In this document: positions 1 through 7,666 of the stretch, piece after piece
Layout of the letters: the number at the start of each line of letters is the position of its first letter
Numbering within the stretch: position 1 is the stretch's first letter
From: a virus
Length of the DNA stretch: 61,730 bases
Reading direction: 5' to 3' (one strand)
IMG/VR virus record: IMGVR_UViG_3300044972_000763
Span: 1 to 61,730 of that record
Position numbers and translations under genes: made by a program
Notes under the pieces: model-generated
What the model was told of the DNA's origin: nothing
Databases searched by the model: none
The model's input: only the letters and a program-made list of their open reading frames with translations

Positions 1-127
1 CTAAAATTCTGGACGCGCTTGATTGGACCATTCCTGTTGTCAGCCCAATACTTAGTGAGGTCGCTGTCAGACTTGGCGTCCGGCAGGAATTTTGTGATGG
101 CATTTTCAATCCACGCAACAAGCGTGG
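1..127. repeat. 127-bp exact terminal duplication, copy 1 (identical to 61604..61730)
   Basis: Bases 1-127 recur base for base at 61604-61730. A minus-strand reading frame continues through the join with no stop. Confidence 0.95.
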
Positions 128-599
128 CTTCTTCTTCCTTACTGAGCGCAGGCTTGGGCGCCTCGACCTTCTCAGGCTTGCCATTCAACTCATTAGGGTT
201 GGTGGCATCGGCATCCATTTCCCCGGTTTCAATCTTGAACAACTGGCGCATGAACACCTTGTCAGCATAAGACATAGCTGAACCAGCAGACTGCGCCCCT
301 TGGATGGGGTGAAGGATATTCAGGGACGTAAAGTCCTTCTTTTCATCCCCATCAGAATGAAGGAGGTCAACAGCGTATGAGAAATTCAAGGCGCCATTCT
401 TGCCTAGATCGGACAGATGCTTACAGTCTTTCACCCGGAGAACCCAAGTTAGACCATGCCTTGCAGCGACCTTCCCCACTTCGGCGTAGTAGTTATCAAT
501 AGGGACATAGTTATATCCCCCGTGCTGGTTCTTTTCGCCCTTGGCAAGTGACTTGATTTCACTTGTCACGGCAACGATAGCCTTTACGATGTTAGACAT
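1..599 (-). CDS. ERF-like single-strand annealing protein, 5' part of a gene that wraps the contig join (227 aa in total, continues 61603 down to 61519)
   Basis: Manual translation from ATG 599-597 gives MSNIVKAIVAVTSEIKSLAKGEKNQHGGYNYVPIDNYYAEVGKVAARHGLTW...GSAMSYADKVFMRQLF with no stop down to base 1. This resembles the ERF-type N-terminal pattern as I remember it. Absent from the ORF track because the window edge cuts it. Confidence 0.6.
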   Translation of the reverse strand, partial: MSNIVKAIVAVTSEIKSLAKGEKNQHGGYNYVPIDNYYAEVGKVAARHGLTWVLRVKDCKHLSDLGKNGALNFSYAVDLLHSDGDEKKDFTSLNILHPIQGAQSAGSAMSYADKVFMRQLFKIETGEMDADATNPNELNGKPEKVEAPKPALSKEEEATLVAWIENAITKFLPDAKSDSDLTKYWADNRNGPIKRVQNF

Positions 600-912
600 T
601 TTTCCTCTTTTGCGCCCTGCGCCTGTTAAGTGTGATCGTGCCGTAGCCGTCGCCGTAGCCGTCGCCGGAGCCGTAGCCGTAGCCGTAGCCGTCGCCGTAG
701 CCGTAGCCGTAGCCGTCGCCGTAGCCGTAGCCGTCGCCGTAGCCGTAGCCGTCGCCGGAGCCGTCGCCGTAGCCGTAGCCGTCGCCGGAGCCGTAGCCGT
801 AGCCGTAGCCGTCGCCGTAGCCGTAGCCGTCGCCGTAGCCGTAGCCGTCGCCGGAGCCGTCGCCGGAGCCGTAGCCGGAGCCGTAGCCGACCGGCCTAAA
901 GGTGGCTTCCAT
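592..912 (-). CDS. Gly/Tyr/Asp-rich low-complexity protein (106 aa) with a basic C-terminal tail
   Basis: ATG 912-910 overlaps the upstream stop (TAATG). The stop at 594-592 overlaps the ERF-like start. The body is almost only GYGYGD/GSGD units, then TITLNRRRAQKRKNV. The track ORF 592..924 uses an upstream TTG. Confidence 0.6.
   Translation of the reverse strand: MEATFRPVGYGSGYGSGDGSGDGYGYGDGYGYGDGYGYGYGSGDGYGYGDGSGDGYGYGDGYGYGDGYGYGYGDGYGYGYGSGDGYGDGYGTITLNRRRAQKRKNV
640..891. repeat. 42 tandem hexanucleotide units (GCCGTA/GCCGTC/GCCGGA) with a ~120-bp higher-order duplication
   Basis: Read directly. The block 660-709 recurs at 780-829. Confidence 0.9.
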
Positions 913-1232
913 TAAAGCCCCCAATCATCCGGCACAGGGACACAGAAAATCTCCGAACCCTCGGGAATATCAACATCAGCAATAGGCCGAAGATCAGCAT
1001 TTGCCTTCTTGGTATTTTCAATCATCCCGGCAAAGCCGATTGATTCCCATTTGAACACATGCAGGGCGCGGGACAAATGAATGCGCCCATCCTTGCGGGT
1101 TATATCGCCCGCAAAAATCCAGCCACGGTCAACGACAACCACGGCCCGCGTCCCCGATACCTTTTTAACCGGGGCATATTCCACACCGTTGATAATCATG
1201 TTCGTCTTTTCCTTCTGCTTTGAGTTAGACAT
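912..1232 (-). CDS. hypothetical protein (106 aa)
   Basis: Track ORF 912..1277. I prefer ATG 1232 (MSNSKQKEK...), which lies just after the upstream stop at 1235-1237. Confidence 0.6.
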   Translation of the reverse strand: MSNSKQKEKTNMIINGVEYAPVKKVSGTRAVVVVDRGWIFAGDITRKDGRIHLSRALHVFKWESIGFAGMIENTKKANADLRPIADVDIPEGSEIFCVPVPDDWGL

Positions 1233-1234
1233 GG

Positions 1235-2137
1235 TTACTCCTTTCCTTCTTCTTCCTGTGCCTTCAAGGCAGCCCATTGGCTACACCATTCAGACACGGC
1301 ACAAAACTCTGCACACTTCTTGTTCTGGCCCGGCCTCTCCACAACCGTTGCCTTATTCTCCTTGGCGTATTCTTCTGCTTCATCCTTTTGCTCAGGATCA
1401 AACAGCTTCAGCGCCCGCTTCCGTCCATCCTTGATAACCGCCAACTGACCTGGGCTATACCAGCGTTCTTCAGCGGAACATTCAGGTGGATCATTCCAAT
1501 CCATAAGGGCTTCCGCTTCCTTATGGGTTTTTACCCGTTCATTGAAATACTGCTCTGCCGCTTCCGGCGACCAAAGCGGAATCTCAATAACCTTCATCGG
1601 AGCAGGGGGATAATTAGGATCAGTCTTAGCCCGCGCCCGAACCCAATCCCGCATGATGGCGTTGATTGCCAATCCCGTAATCTCATAGTTCTTTGTCTTG
1701 CGGGCTAGGTGAGCATAGCAATTAAGCTGCTTTTCCCACTCCGACTTCCCGTTAATCACATTGTATGTAGAGGTCAGCTTATAATCACTGATATCGCAGT
1801 TAAGGGTTCCATCTTCATCAAGATTCATGGACTGAAGATCAACCCCGCCGCTAATGCGCCAGCCATCATGTTCAATGAACAGCCGTTCCTCTGCGCGATT
1901 ATCTTCATCGGCGCCCTTCTCGACCACCTCATGCAGAGCGGTTCCAATCAATGCCCACAGCTTATCAGCTACGTCCTCGACAATTTCATCTTCATGCTTC
2001 TGAGTTAGAAGCCTAACGCGCGGGCTGCCAATCAACTGAGTGACGGAGATATGGGCATCGCCCCGGCTGTAGGTATTACGATTTGCAAAGTTGACTAGGG
2101 TTTGCGGCAAGCCATACTTGTTGGTTAGTTTTGCCAT
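1235..2137 (-). CDS. Cas4/RecB-family PD-(D/E)XK exonuclease with a C-terminal Cys cluster
   Basis: GGVDL ... DISDYKLT (D..D-x-K) and EKQLNCYAHL (QxxxY), plus Cys residues PECS ... CAEFCAVSEWC. Sits next to the ERF-like gene. Confidence 0.65.
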   Translation of the reverse strand: MAKLTNKYGLPQTLVNFANRNTYSRGDAHISVTQLIGSPRVRLLTQKHEDEIVEDVADKLWALIGTALHEVVEKGADEDNRAEERLFIEHDGWRISGGVDLQSMNLDEDGTLNCDISDYKLTSTYNVINGKSEWEKQLNCYAHLARKTKNYEITGLAINAIMRDWVRARAKTDPNYPPAPMKVIEIPLWSPEAAEQYFNERVKTHKEAEALMDWNDPPECSAEERWYSPGQLAVIKDGRKRALKLFDPEQKDEAEEYAKENKATVVERPGQNKKCAEFCAVSEWCSQWAALKAQEEEGKE

Positions 2138-2198
2138 TTACTGTCTCCTTGTTATGGCGTATATACAGGAACATTTAGTGGATTGCAAGAGGTTTTTT

Positions 2199-2549
2199 AT
2201 GGTAACTTTCATGATCTATGGTGAACCTGCGTCCAAAGCTAATAGTCGCAGGCTCGTTAAGCGGGGCAAGCGTGTTATCTCCATCAAGTCTGCAAAGGCG
2301 CTGAATTACTGTGACGTCTTTATCGAGCAATGTCCGGTGCTGGATACCTTAATGGATGGTGAGTTGGTTGCTCACATTCATATTTGGTATGCTAGTCAGC
2401 GCCCGGACCTGGACCCTAGTTTGATTCTGGATTTAATGCAGGAACGCATTTACCAGAACGACAGGCAGGTTAGAGAAATGCACCTATACCATTGGATTGA
2501 TAAACATACTCCAAGGGCGCAGATCACTATAGAAAGAAGGTCGTCATAA
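2199..2549 (+). CDS. rusA: RusA-like Holliday junction resolvase
   Basis: MVTFMIYGEPASKANSRR...RPDLDPSLILDLMQERIYQNDRQV resembles the RusA pattern. ATG 2199 chosen inside track ORF 2091..2549. Confidence 0.6.
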   Translation: MVTFMIYGEPASKANSRRLVKRGKRVISIKSAKALNYCDVFIEQCPVLDTLMDGELVAHIHIWYASQRPDLDPSLILDLMQERIYQNDRQVREMHLYHWIDKHTPRAQITIERRSS

Positions 2550-2631
2550 GCCAGTGGGCGGCAAGGCTCCCCAATAGGAATCCTGACAGGGCGACCAAAA
2601 GAATGATGGCTGTTGCTTTAGTCCTGCTCAT
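2527..2631 (-). CDS. possible 34-aa membrane peptide
   Basis: MSRTKATAIILLVALSGFLLGSLAAHWLMTTFFL. The ATG lies 4 nt after the upstream stop. Below the track size cut-off, and its 3' end overlaps rusA convergently. Confidence 0.25.
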   Translation of the reverse strand: MSRTKATAIILLVALSGFLLGSLAAHWLMTTFFL

Positions 2632-2635
2632 GCGT

Positions 2636-2785
2636 CTAACCCTTTATGATTGTGTAGATAAACAGACCGAGCGCCACGATGAATGTGTAGATACCCAGCG
2701 TCCGTTCCACTTTATCGCTGGGCCACACCGCCATTAACAGGCTGAATGTGGCAACGAAAGCAAGTATGCATAACCAGAAGATCAT
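2636..2785 (-). CDS. small two-TM membrane protein (49 aa)
   Basis: MIFWLCILAFVATFSLLMAVWPSDKVERTLGIYTFIVALGLFIYTIIKG. ATGA overlap with the upstream stop at 2782-2784. Confidence 0.4.
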   Translation of the reverse strand: MIFWLCILAFVATFSLLMAVWPSDKVERTLGIYTFIVALGLFIYTIIKG

Positions 2786-3027
2786 GGCATATCCTTCATG
2801 ACCTTGGCCCGTAGGTCGTTGATGATTTCCACGGCGCCCTGCAATCCCTGTTTAGGAGCCTTGTGATAAGAAACGATAATGGTCCCCCTATCTGAAATGG
2901 TTTCCCTGGTTGCCCTTGGTTCTTCGCAAGCCTTTTGGACTGCGAGAAGGGCGGCTAGGTATCCATCCCGATAGCCGGTAGCCATGATGCGCTTGGCGTC
3001 TGAGACTGTGTAGATTGGTTCACTCAT
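2782..3027 (-). CDS. hypothetical protein (81 aa)
   Basis: Track ORF 2782..3060. ATG 3027 follows GGAG and overlaps the upstream stop. Confidence 0.55.
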   Translation of the reverse strand: MSEPIYTVSDAKRIMATGYRDGYLAALLAVQKACEEPRATRETISDRGTIIVSYHKAPKQGLQGAVEIINDLRAKVMKDMP

Positions 3028-3196
3028 CTTTCTTCCACTCCCATCGGTCCATTCTGACAAAAATCAGAAGCGAAAACCACACAAGAGCCAGCCTCCAAAA
3101 GCTATCGAAGAGGTCCGGTTTCATTATTGATATAAAGATGTAGAGGCACAGTCCTTGGACGCCGCCCTTAACCATGTCGTGCCAAAACTTACTCAT
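3020..3196 (-). CDS. small membrane protein (58 aa)
   Basis: MSKFWHDMVKGGVQGLCLYIFISIM... ATGA overlap with the stop of 3193..3519. Confidence 0.5.
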   Translation of the reverse strand: MSKFWHDMVKGGVQGLCLYIFISIMKPDLFDSFWRLALVWFSLLIFVRMDRWEWKKDE

Positions 3197-3519
3197 CCCA
3201 TCGCCGCCCTTGCCCGTAGCGCGGCGGCGCTGGCCTTGCGAGGGCATGACGGAATGACCTGGGGCAGCGCGAAATACAGCGTAACCGCCGCGTCTAGACT
3301 GGCGGTGTAGGATGGTAATTCTGGCGCGCGATATTCAGTGTCATCATAATCGTAATCCAACACCATTACAGAGTAATACTTATGCCCATAGAAGCAGTTG
3401 CCGTCGCGGCTGGTAACTACGCCACAAGCCAGCGCAATCTCTGCATCCAACTCCCGATCCGGCCCGGCTGCCTGTTCGCAGCGGTCGGCAAGGGCTAGAA
3501 GGGTGGCGCGGTCAGTCAT
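3193..3519 (-). CDS. hypothetical protein, MTDRATLLALA N-terminal family
   Basis: Track ORF. Shares a 41-bp perfect start-region repeat with 3713..3943. Confidence 0.6.
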   Translation of the reverse strand: MTDRATLLALADRCEQAAGPDRELDAEIALACGVVTSRDGNCFYGHKYYSVMVLDYDYDDTEYRAPELPSYTASLDAAVTLYFALPQVIPSCPRKASAAALRARAAMG

Positions 3520-3716
3520 TGGCTTGCTCCTTCAGCGCGGTTTGCCTCTCTGAAAATTGCCTCAACCTGTTTTGATTGCTTTAATGTTAAAGCAGCCGAT
3601 GCCCTTAAAAAAACCTGCGGACTATCGCGTTCGCATTCTATGTGCACAAGGCCCTGAGCGCGGGTTATGCGAAAGCGGAAGCCGTCAGCGCTTATTTCGT
3701 AGGTCTTTTCCATCAT
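3516..3716 (-). CDS. hypothetical protein (66 aa)
   Basis: Track ORF. AAGGAGGA precedes ATGATG, and it overlaps the neighbouring stop codon. Confidence 0.55.
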   Translation of the reverse strand: MMEKTYEISADGFRFRITRAQGLVHIECERDSPQVFLRASAALTLKQSKQVEAIFREANRAEGASQ

Positions 3717-3943
3717 TCCTCCTTTGCGGCGGCAAGCGCCTCTGTTAAACGATCCGCAGCAAACCGAAAATCAAACTCACCGTCGAATGTTGCGATAAAC
3801 TCCTTCGTGTCAAACAAGCTGGCATATTCATTCCCCCCCTGGAGCGATTGCACCAAAGCATCATAGATCATGCGCGCAAGAACCTCGCGATCAGGTAGCG
3901 CGCAGCGTTCGGCAAGGGCTAGAAGGGTGGCGCGGTCAGTCAT
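3713..3943 (-). CDS. hypothetical protein, MTDRATLLALA N-terminal family (76 aa)
   Basis: ATG 3943 inside track ORF 3713..3982. The start region is identical to that of 3193..3519. Confidence 0.6.
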   Translation of the reverse strand: MTDRATLLALAERCALPDREVLARMIYDALVQSLQGGNEYASLFDTKEFIATFDGEFDFRFAADRLTEALAAAKEE

Positions 3944-3947
3944 TGGC

Positions 3948-4103
3948 TTAATCCTTCGCGGCGGCAAGCACGGCATCGGCAAGTAGGCCAGCGTGAAGGT
4001 GGTTCATCCCTAGTTGCCGATTCCCGCCATGTCGGGACGGCACTTCGACATAGCCTGCGGGCAGCGCGCGAAGGAACGCGGCGCGGTTTCGATTGAATGC
4101 CAT
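3948..4103 (-). CDS. possible small protein (51 aa)
   Basis: MAFNRNRAAFLRALPAGYVEVPSRHGGNRQLGMNHLHAGLLADAVLAAAKD. The ATG directly abuts the upstream TGA (TGAATG). Below the track cut-off. Confidence 0.35.
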   Translation of the reverse strand: MAFNRNRAAFLRALPAGYVEVPSRHGGNRQLGMNHLHAGLLADAVLAAAKD

Positions 4104-5069
4104 TCACTCATTGCCTTTCCCTTTCAGCGCGCGGCCACGAATAGCGTCACGGAACGCCTCATTAAATACAAGTAGGGCTTTTTCCCATGCCTCAAGCGGC
4201 GTCCAAGTTTCTGCGCCGTCTGGCACTTCCACTTTGACGCTAACGCTCGCACACGCCTCGCGCTCGTTATCCACACGCTCTCGGATGGCTTCGATGATCC
4301 GGCTCGCCGTTGCGTCCATAGGAAGGCGCAATTCTTCAGTGATGCGACCAAGGCGGTTAAAAAATTCGTCGCGCTCTTGCTCTGCTTCGCTGGCGTAAGT
4401 GCCGGGCGGCGTGTCGGAAAGCGCGCGGATGTCGGCGGCGATATATTCCGCAATCTCGGCGTTATTCTCCCATGCCTGTTTCCATTCATACGGCATGCCT
4501 CCTGGCCTTTTCCATTTCTCAGGCATTTCGACGCGATATAAACGGACAACCGCATCACAGGCCGCGATGCACTCTGCCAGCGCGCTTTGCCGGGCCTGGG
4601 CAACTAGATTAGCAGCGGATTTTGACGCCACCGGGTCAAGCGCGCGGATCCATGCCGCGCCTTCGGATAGGGCGCGGTAATAGCCCACGTCATGCTCAGA
4701 ACCTTCCCCGGTTTCAGGGTTGTATTTGTGGTTCTTGTGTAGCTCTTCCAGTCGCAGCGCCGCTTCTTCCAGCGCGCTATCCCGTGCGTTTTCCATCAGC
4801 GCATCGGTATCGTGGTTCAACTCGGCAAGCCATTCCTTGCGCGCGGTGGCGATACGCGCTTCCACTTCGGAGGGCGTGAGAACTGGACCAGCATACACAA
4901 AATGGGCGCCGATTGCATCTTTGGTAAAGATGCTGTGCCATCCTCTATTCGCAGCCCAGTCCACTATAAATTGCCGATCACTGTCAGGGTCTTTGAGCCA
5001 GTGAGGCCCATCCCGTTCCGGGTTCAGCGGCACCCCAGGCTTGCCGGGCCATCCGTTATTGTCGGTCAT
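4104..5069 (-). CDS. coiled-coil early protein (321 aa), Ead/Ea22-like in style
   Basis: Track ORF. N-terminus GWPGKPGVPLNPERDGPHWL, followed by a long Ala/Glu/Arg-rich helical region. Confidence 0.6.
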   Translation of the reverse strand: MTDNNGWPGKPGVPLNPERDGPHWLKDPDSDRQFIVDWAANRGWHSIFTKDAIGAHFVYAGPVLTPSEVEARIATARKEWLAELNHDTDALMENARDSALEEAALRLEELHKNHKYNPETGEGSEHDVGYYRALSEGAAWIRALDPVASKSAANLVAQARQSALAECIAACDAVVRLYRVEMPEKWKRPGGMPYEWKQAWENNAEIAEYIAADIRALSDTPPGTYASEAEQERDEFFNRLGRITEELRLPMDATASRIIEAIRERVDNEREACASVSVKVEVPDGAETWTPLEAWEKALLVFNEAFRDAIRGRALKGKGNE

Positions 5070-5377
5070 TGTGTTTCTCCTAGTGCCTTTGTCAGGGTTA
5101 AACGCGCGCCGATAACGTCCTTGTCGTCAATGCACTCTCGCGCCATTTCAATAGCTTCCCGCAGCCTGGCGTTCTCGGCCTGTAGCTTGTCAGCCTTAAT
5201 ATGTTGACGATCCCGCGCTTCTTCTGTGTGAGCGAAGTCGTCTTGAAGGCTGGCATTCTCGGCCCGCAACGCATCACGCTCGGCGGCAAGGGTGCGGAGG
5301 GCGGTGGCGTTCCGGTCCATATCAAGGCGGTTCAATATCATCGCCAACCGTTCCGCTTCTTCCGTGGTGATGCTCAT
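5066..5377 (-). CDS. coiled-coil protein, TTEEAERLA family (103 aa)
   Basis: Track ORF. Paralogous to the C-terminal half of 5729..6238. Confidence 0.6.
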   Translation of the reverse strand: MSITTEEAERLAMILNRLDMDRNATALRTLAAERDALRAENASLQDDFAHTEEARDRQHIKADKLQAENARLREAIEMARECIDDKDVIGARLTLTKALGETQ

Positions 5378-5532
5378 GTCAGCACTCCGCGCAGCGCCGT
5401 TCGTAGCTTTTCGATTTCGTCGGCGGCTTCAAAAGGTGCGCGGTCGTAATTCCGCACTACGGATTTCCACGATCCGAATTCTTCGCGCATCCAGTTTGGC
5501 GTGTTCCGCAGCCGTTCCACAATGTCGCTCAT
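5374..5532 (-). CDS. small protein (52 aa)
   Basis: MSDIVERLRNTPNWMREEFGSWKSVVRNYDRAPFEAADEIEKLRTALRGVLT. ATGA overlaps at both ends. Below the track cut-off. Confidence 0.45.
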   Translation of the reverse strand: MSDIVERLRNTPNWMREEFGSWKSVVRNYDRAPFEAADEIEKLRTALRGVLT

Positions 5533-5732
5533 TCCTTTTCTCCCAATACATCGCGTCCGGCCTCAGTCAGCGTCCATGGTTCATTATTCACCGCCCAGCC
5601 AAACGGCGGTTCGATGAAATGCCAACCGCGCTTGCACATTTTAACCTTAATGTCGAAAGGCACGGTCTCGCATAGGCCCGGAGTGCTAAGCGCGAGGAGC
5701 AAGTCTTTCTGATCCTGTGGCATGTCGCTCAT
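5529..5732 (-). CDS. hypothetical protein (67 aa)
   Basis: Track ORF. Its start region is a 24-bp perfect copy of the start region of 5374..5532. Confidence 0.55.
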   Translation of the reverse strand: MSDMPQDQKDLLLALSTPGLCETVPFDIKVKMCKRGWHFIEPPFGWAVNNEPWTLTEAGRDVLGEKE

Positions 5733-6238
5733 TCCTTTTCTCCCACCGCCACGCGGGCAATATCAATGATACTGTCATACCCGCCTTCAAAGTCTGCAAC
5801 TTCCACATCATATTCTGTGTCCAGTTCATCAGTTTTCTTTTGGCGCGCTATATCGCGCAGCGCCTCCCACAGCCGGGCGTTCTCTGCATTCAGCGCATCA
5901 CGCTCGGCGGCAAGGGAGCGGAGGGCGGTGGCGGTCCCCGCGTATAGGTCGCGGTTCATGGTTTCTCTACCTTGTATCCACCATATCCCCGCCAGCCGTT
6001 CCGCTTCTTCCGTGGTGATGGTCATGTCAGCACCACCAACGCCAGCATCATAGAAATTACCGCAAGCGCATACGGATTTGAAAAGTAGCCTTGCTATCTT
6101 CTCCAGCTTCAAGATAGCCGTGCGCTGCTCCGATGCGGCATCCTCCAGCCATTCCATGCGCCTTTCAAGCGACGGTTTGGGGGCCGCGTTCATCAAGACC
6201 GGACGCCGCATGGCGCGAGAGAGTTCTTCCTCGGTCAT
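5729..6238 (-). CDS. hypothetical protein (169 aa) whose C-terminal half is a TTEEAERLA-family module
   Basis: Track ORF. The internal MTITTEEAERLAG... matches the N-terminus of 5066..5377. Confidence 0.55.
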   Translation of the reverse strand: MTEEELSRAMRRPVLMNAAPKPSLERRMEWLEDAASEQRTAILKLEKIARLLFKSVCACGNFYDAGVGGADMTITTEEAERLAGIWWIQGRETMNRDLYAGTATALRSLAAERDALNAENARLWEALRDIARQKKTDELDTEYDVEVADFEGGYDSIIDIARVAVGEKE

Positions 6239-6444
6239 TTTTTCCGCGCCTCCATTTCTTCCACCAATGCCTCGTAAGCCGGGTTAATGTCTTGATCAGC
6301 CCACGGACTTCCATCTTCATCAAAATTACCAAACACAACATACTTACTGCCATTCCGTTCCATGGAATTGATGCAGTTCTGAATGTGCGCTGTGGTCATT
6401 TGACTGATGGGGATTTTAACCCCGTTCTTGGTTGTCCAAATCAT
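6235..6444 (-). CDS. hypothetical protein (69 aa)
   Basis: Track ORF, coupled to its neighbours. The C-terminus EEMEARKK resembles that of 6441..6830. Confidence 0.55.
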   Translation of the reverse strand: MIWTTKNGVKIPISQMTTAHIQNCINSMERNGSKYVVFGNFDEDGSPWADQDINPAYEALVEEMEARKK

Positions 6445-6830
6445 TTCTTCCGCGCCTCCATCATTTCATCGGCAAAGGCATAAGCTAATCGCGCCGTGGT
6501 TGTTATGGTCAAATTGCTTTGCGAGCCTCTTTTTGCGTACTCCCAAGCCACAGTAAGCGCAGCCATCGCAAATTCATCGCGCAGGGTTTTGGCTTCCGGC
6601 GCTGGTGCATTGGCAGGCGGCGTGTCGCTGACATAGACTTCGCTGATTAGGTCCATGTCATGACTATCATCAAATTCGCACCAACGACCTTCATCCGTCC
6701 AACACGGTGCGCCGTCTTGAAAACCAAGCGCACAAAAACTCCATTTCGCGGCACGATAACCCACATGATTCATCGGCCCAACAATGCGCCCGCCCCGTGT
6801 GCGGTAATACGCGCCTTCACGAATCTGCAT
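6441..6830 (-). CDS. hypothetical protein, REGxYYRxRxGxIxGP family
   Basis: ATG 6830 follows AAAGGAG. The track start at 6836 is a TTG. Confidence 0.55.
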   Translation of the reverse strand: MQIREGAYYRTRGGRIVGPMNHVGYRAAKWSFCALGFQDGAPCWTDEGRWCEFDDSHDMDLISEVYVSDTPPANAPAPEAKTLRDEFAMAALTVAWEYAKRGSQSNLTITTTARLAYAFADEMMEARKK

Positions 6831-7173
6831 TTTCAATCTCCTTTAGGAAAGCATCTGCATATTGAAGAGCTTGTCTTGCTGCCATTGATGGAGTTAGATC
6901 AGGCGCCAAACGAGGTAGGATTTTAGAAGCTAGGACAACCCTATCCACCTTCGGTGTTGCGTTCGGAGTAAGAGCGGGCGGGTTGGCTTCTAACTCCGTG
7001 AGTTCGGCAATTAGATCATACGGAGTGTCAGGACCAACGCTGGTTTTACCACCCTCAGTCCAAGACTCACAGCCAAAAAAGAATGGATAAATTCGCTTCT
7101 GCTCATAGCGAGATAGCGGCCCATGTATCTTGCCATTGCGCGCCCGATAATACCGTCCTTCTTTAAGGATCAT
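6817..7173 (-). CDS. hypothetical protein, paralog of 6441..6830 (118 aa)
   Basis: ATG 7173 lies 6 nt after AAGGAGA. The N-terminus MILKEGRYYRARNGKIHGPL parallels MQIREGAYYRTRGGRIVGPM. Confidence 0.55.
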   Translation of the reverse strand: MILKEGRYYRARNGKIHGPLSRYEQKRIYPFFFGCESWTEGGKTSVGPDTPYDLIAELTELEANPPALTPNATPKVDRVVLASKILPRLAPDLTPSMAARQALQYADAFLKEIENADS

Positions 7174-7197
7174 TTCATGTCTCCTTTGGTTTCCCAT

Positions 7198-7227
7198 CTT
7201 ATATCACTTCCCAATCCCCATTGTCAA
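7198..7227 (-). promoter_or_regulatory. sigma70-like promoter (TTGACA - 18 nt - TATAAG) reading leftward
   Basis: The minus strand reads CTATTGACAATGGGGATTGGGAAGTGATATAAG about 25 nt upstream of the 7173 start. The 12-mer CTATTGACAATG recurs near 18960 on the minus strand. Confidence 0.45.
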
Positions 7228-7246
7228 TAGATAATTTGCACATAAA

Positions 7247-7666
7247 TTAGGGATTGATATGACTCAGGCGCCAGCCTGTTATATTTTGAGTGATGGTTTC
7301 ATTGAAGTTAAGCCCGTCCATCCTGGACGGAACTCTGGACCAGCCCCCTGTATCTGGATCGTAGTAACCTATAGTCACTATCACCTCTTCCTCTGTTTCA
7401 GTCCTGAGTGTCAGGACGGTTCCATTCCTAGGTGCATACCTCATATTGAACCATTCCATATCTGTCTGTTTGTGTGGATTGATTTCTTCCATTACCTCTC
7501 CGGTCTTAGGATCAATCCTTCTTACATTAGAAGCTGGTCCAAACTTCTGCTTCTGCCAGAATTGTTTAGTATTCACCTTTGGTTTATTTGGTTTTTTAAT
7601 TCCATTTTGTTGTTGAGATAGTATTTCTATCTCCCTCTCTCTCTGATTTCTGTATTTCATCTTCAT
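7247..7666 (-). CDS. hypothetical protein (139 aa)
   Basis: Track ORF. First gene left of the 565-bp ORF-poor region. Confidence 0.55.
   Translation of the reverse strand: MKMKYRNQREREIEILSQQQNGIKKPNKPKVNTKQFWQKQKFGPASNVRRIDPKTGEVMEEINPHKQTDMEWFNMRYAPRNGTVLTLRTETEEEVIVTIGYYDPDTGGWSRVPSRMDGLNFNETITQNITGWRLSHINP

Noticed and set aside
1-127. A 127-bp direct terminal repeat as the biological genome end
   Set aside because: A gene reads straight through the join, and the length looks like an assembler k-mer overlap. This cannot be fully excluded without reads.
19-270. Plus-strand 83-aa ORF at the window start
   Set aside because: It lies antisense within the ERF-like gene, whose frame is open for 227 codons across the join.
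541-915. Plus-strand ORF encoding an (AV)n repeat protein
   Set aside because: It is the antisense frame of the hexamer repeat. It has no RBS or operon context, whereas the minus-strand GY frame is start/stop-coupled to both neighbours.
4124-4603. 159-aa alternative-frame minus ORF inside 4104..5069
   Set aside because: It is fully nested in a longer ORF that has proper coupling to its neighbours.
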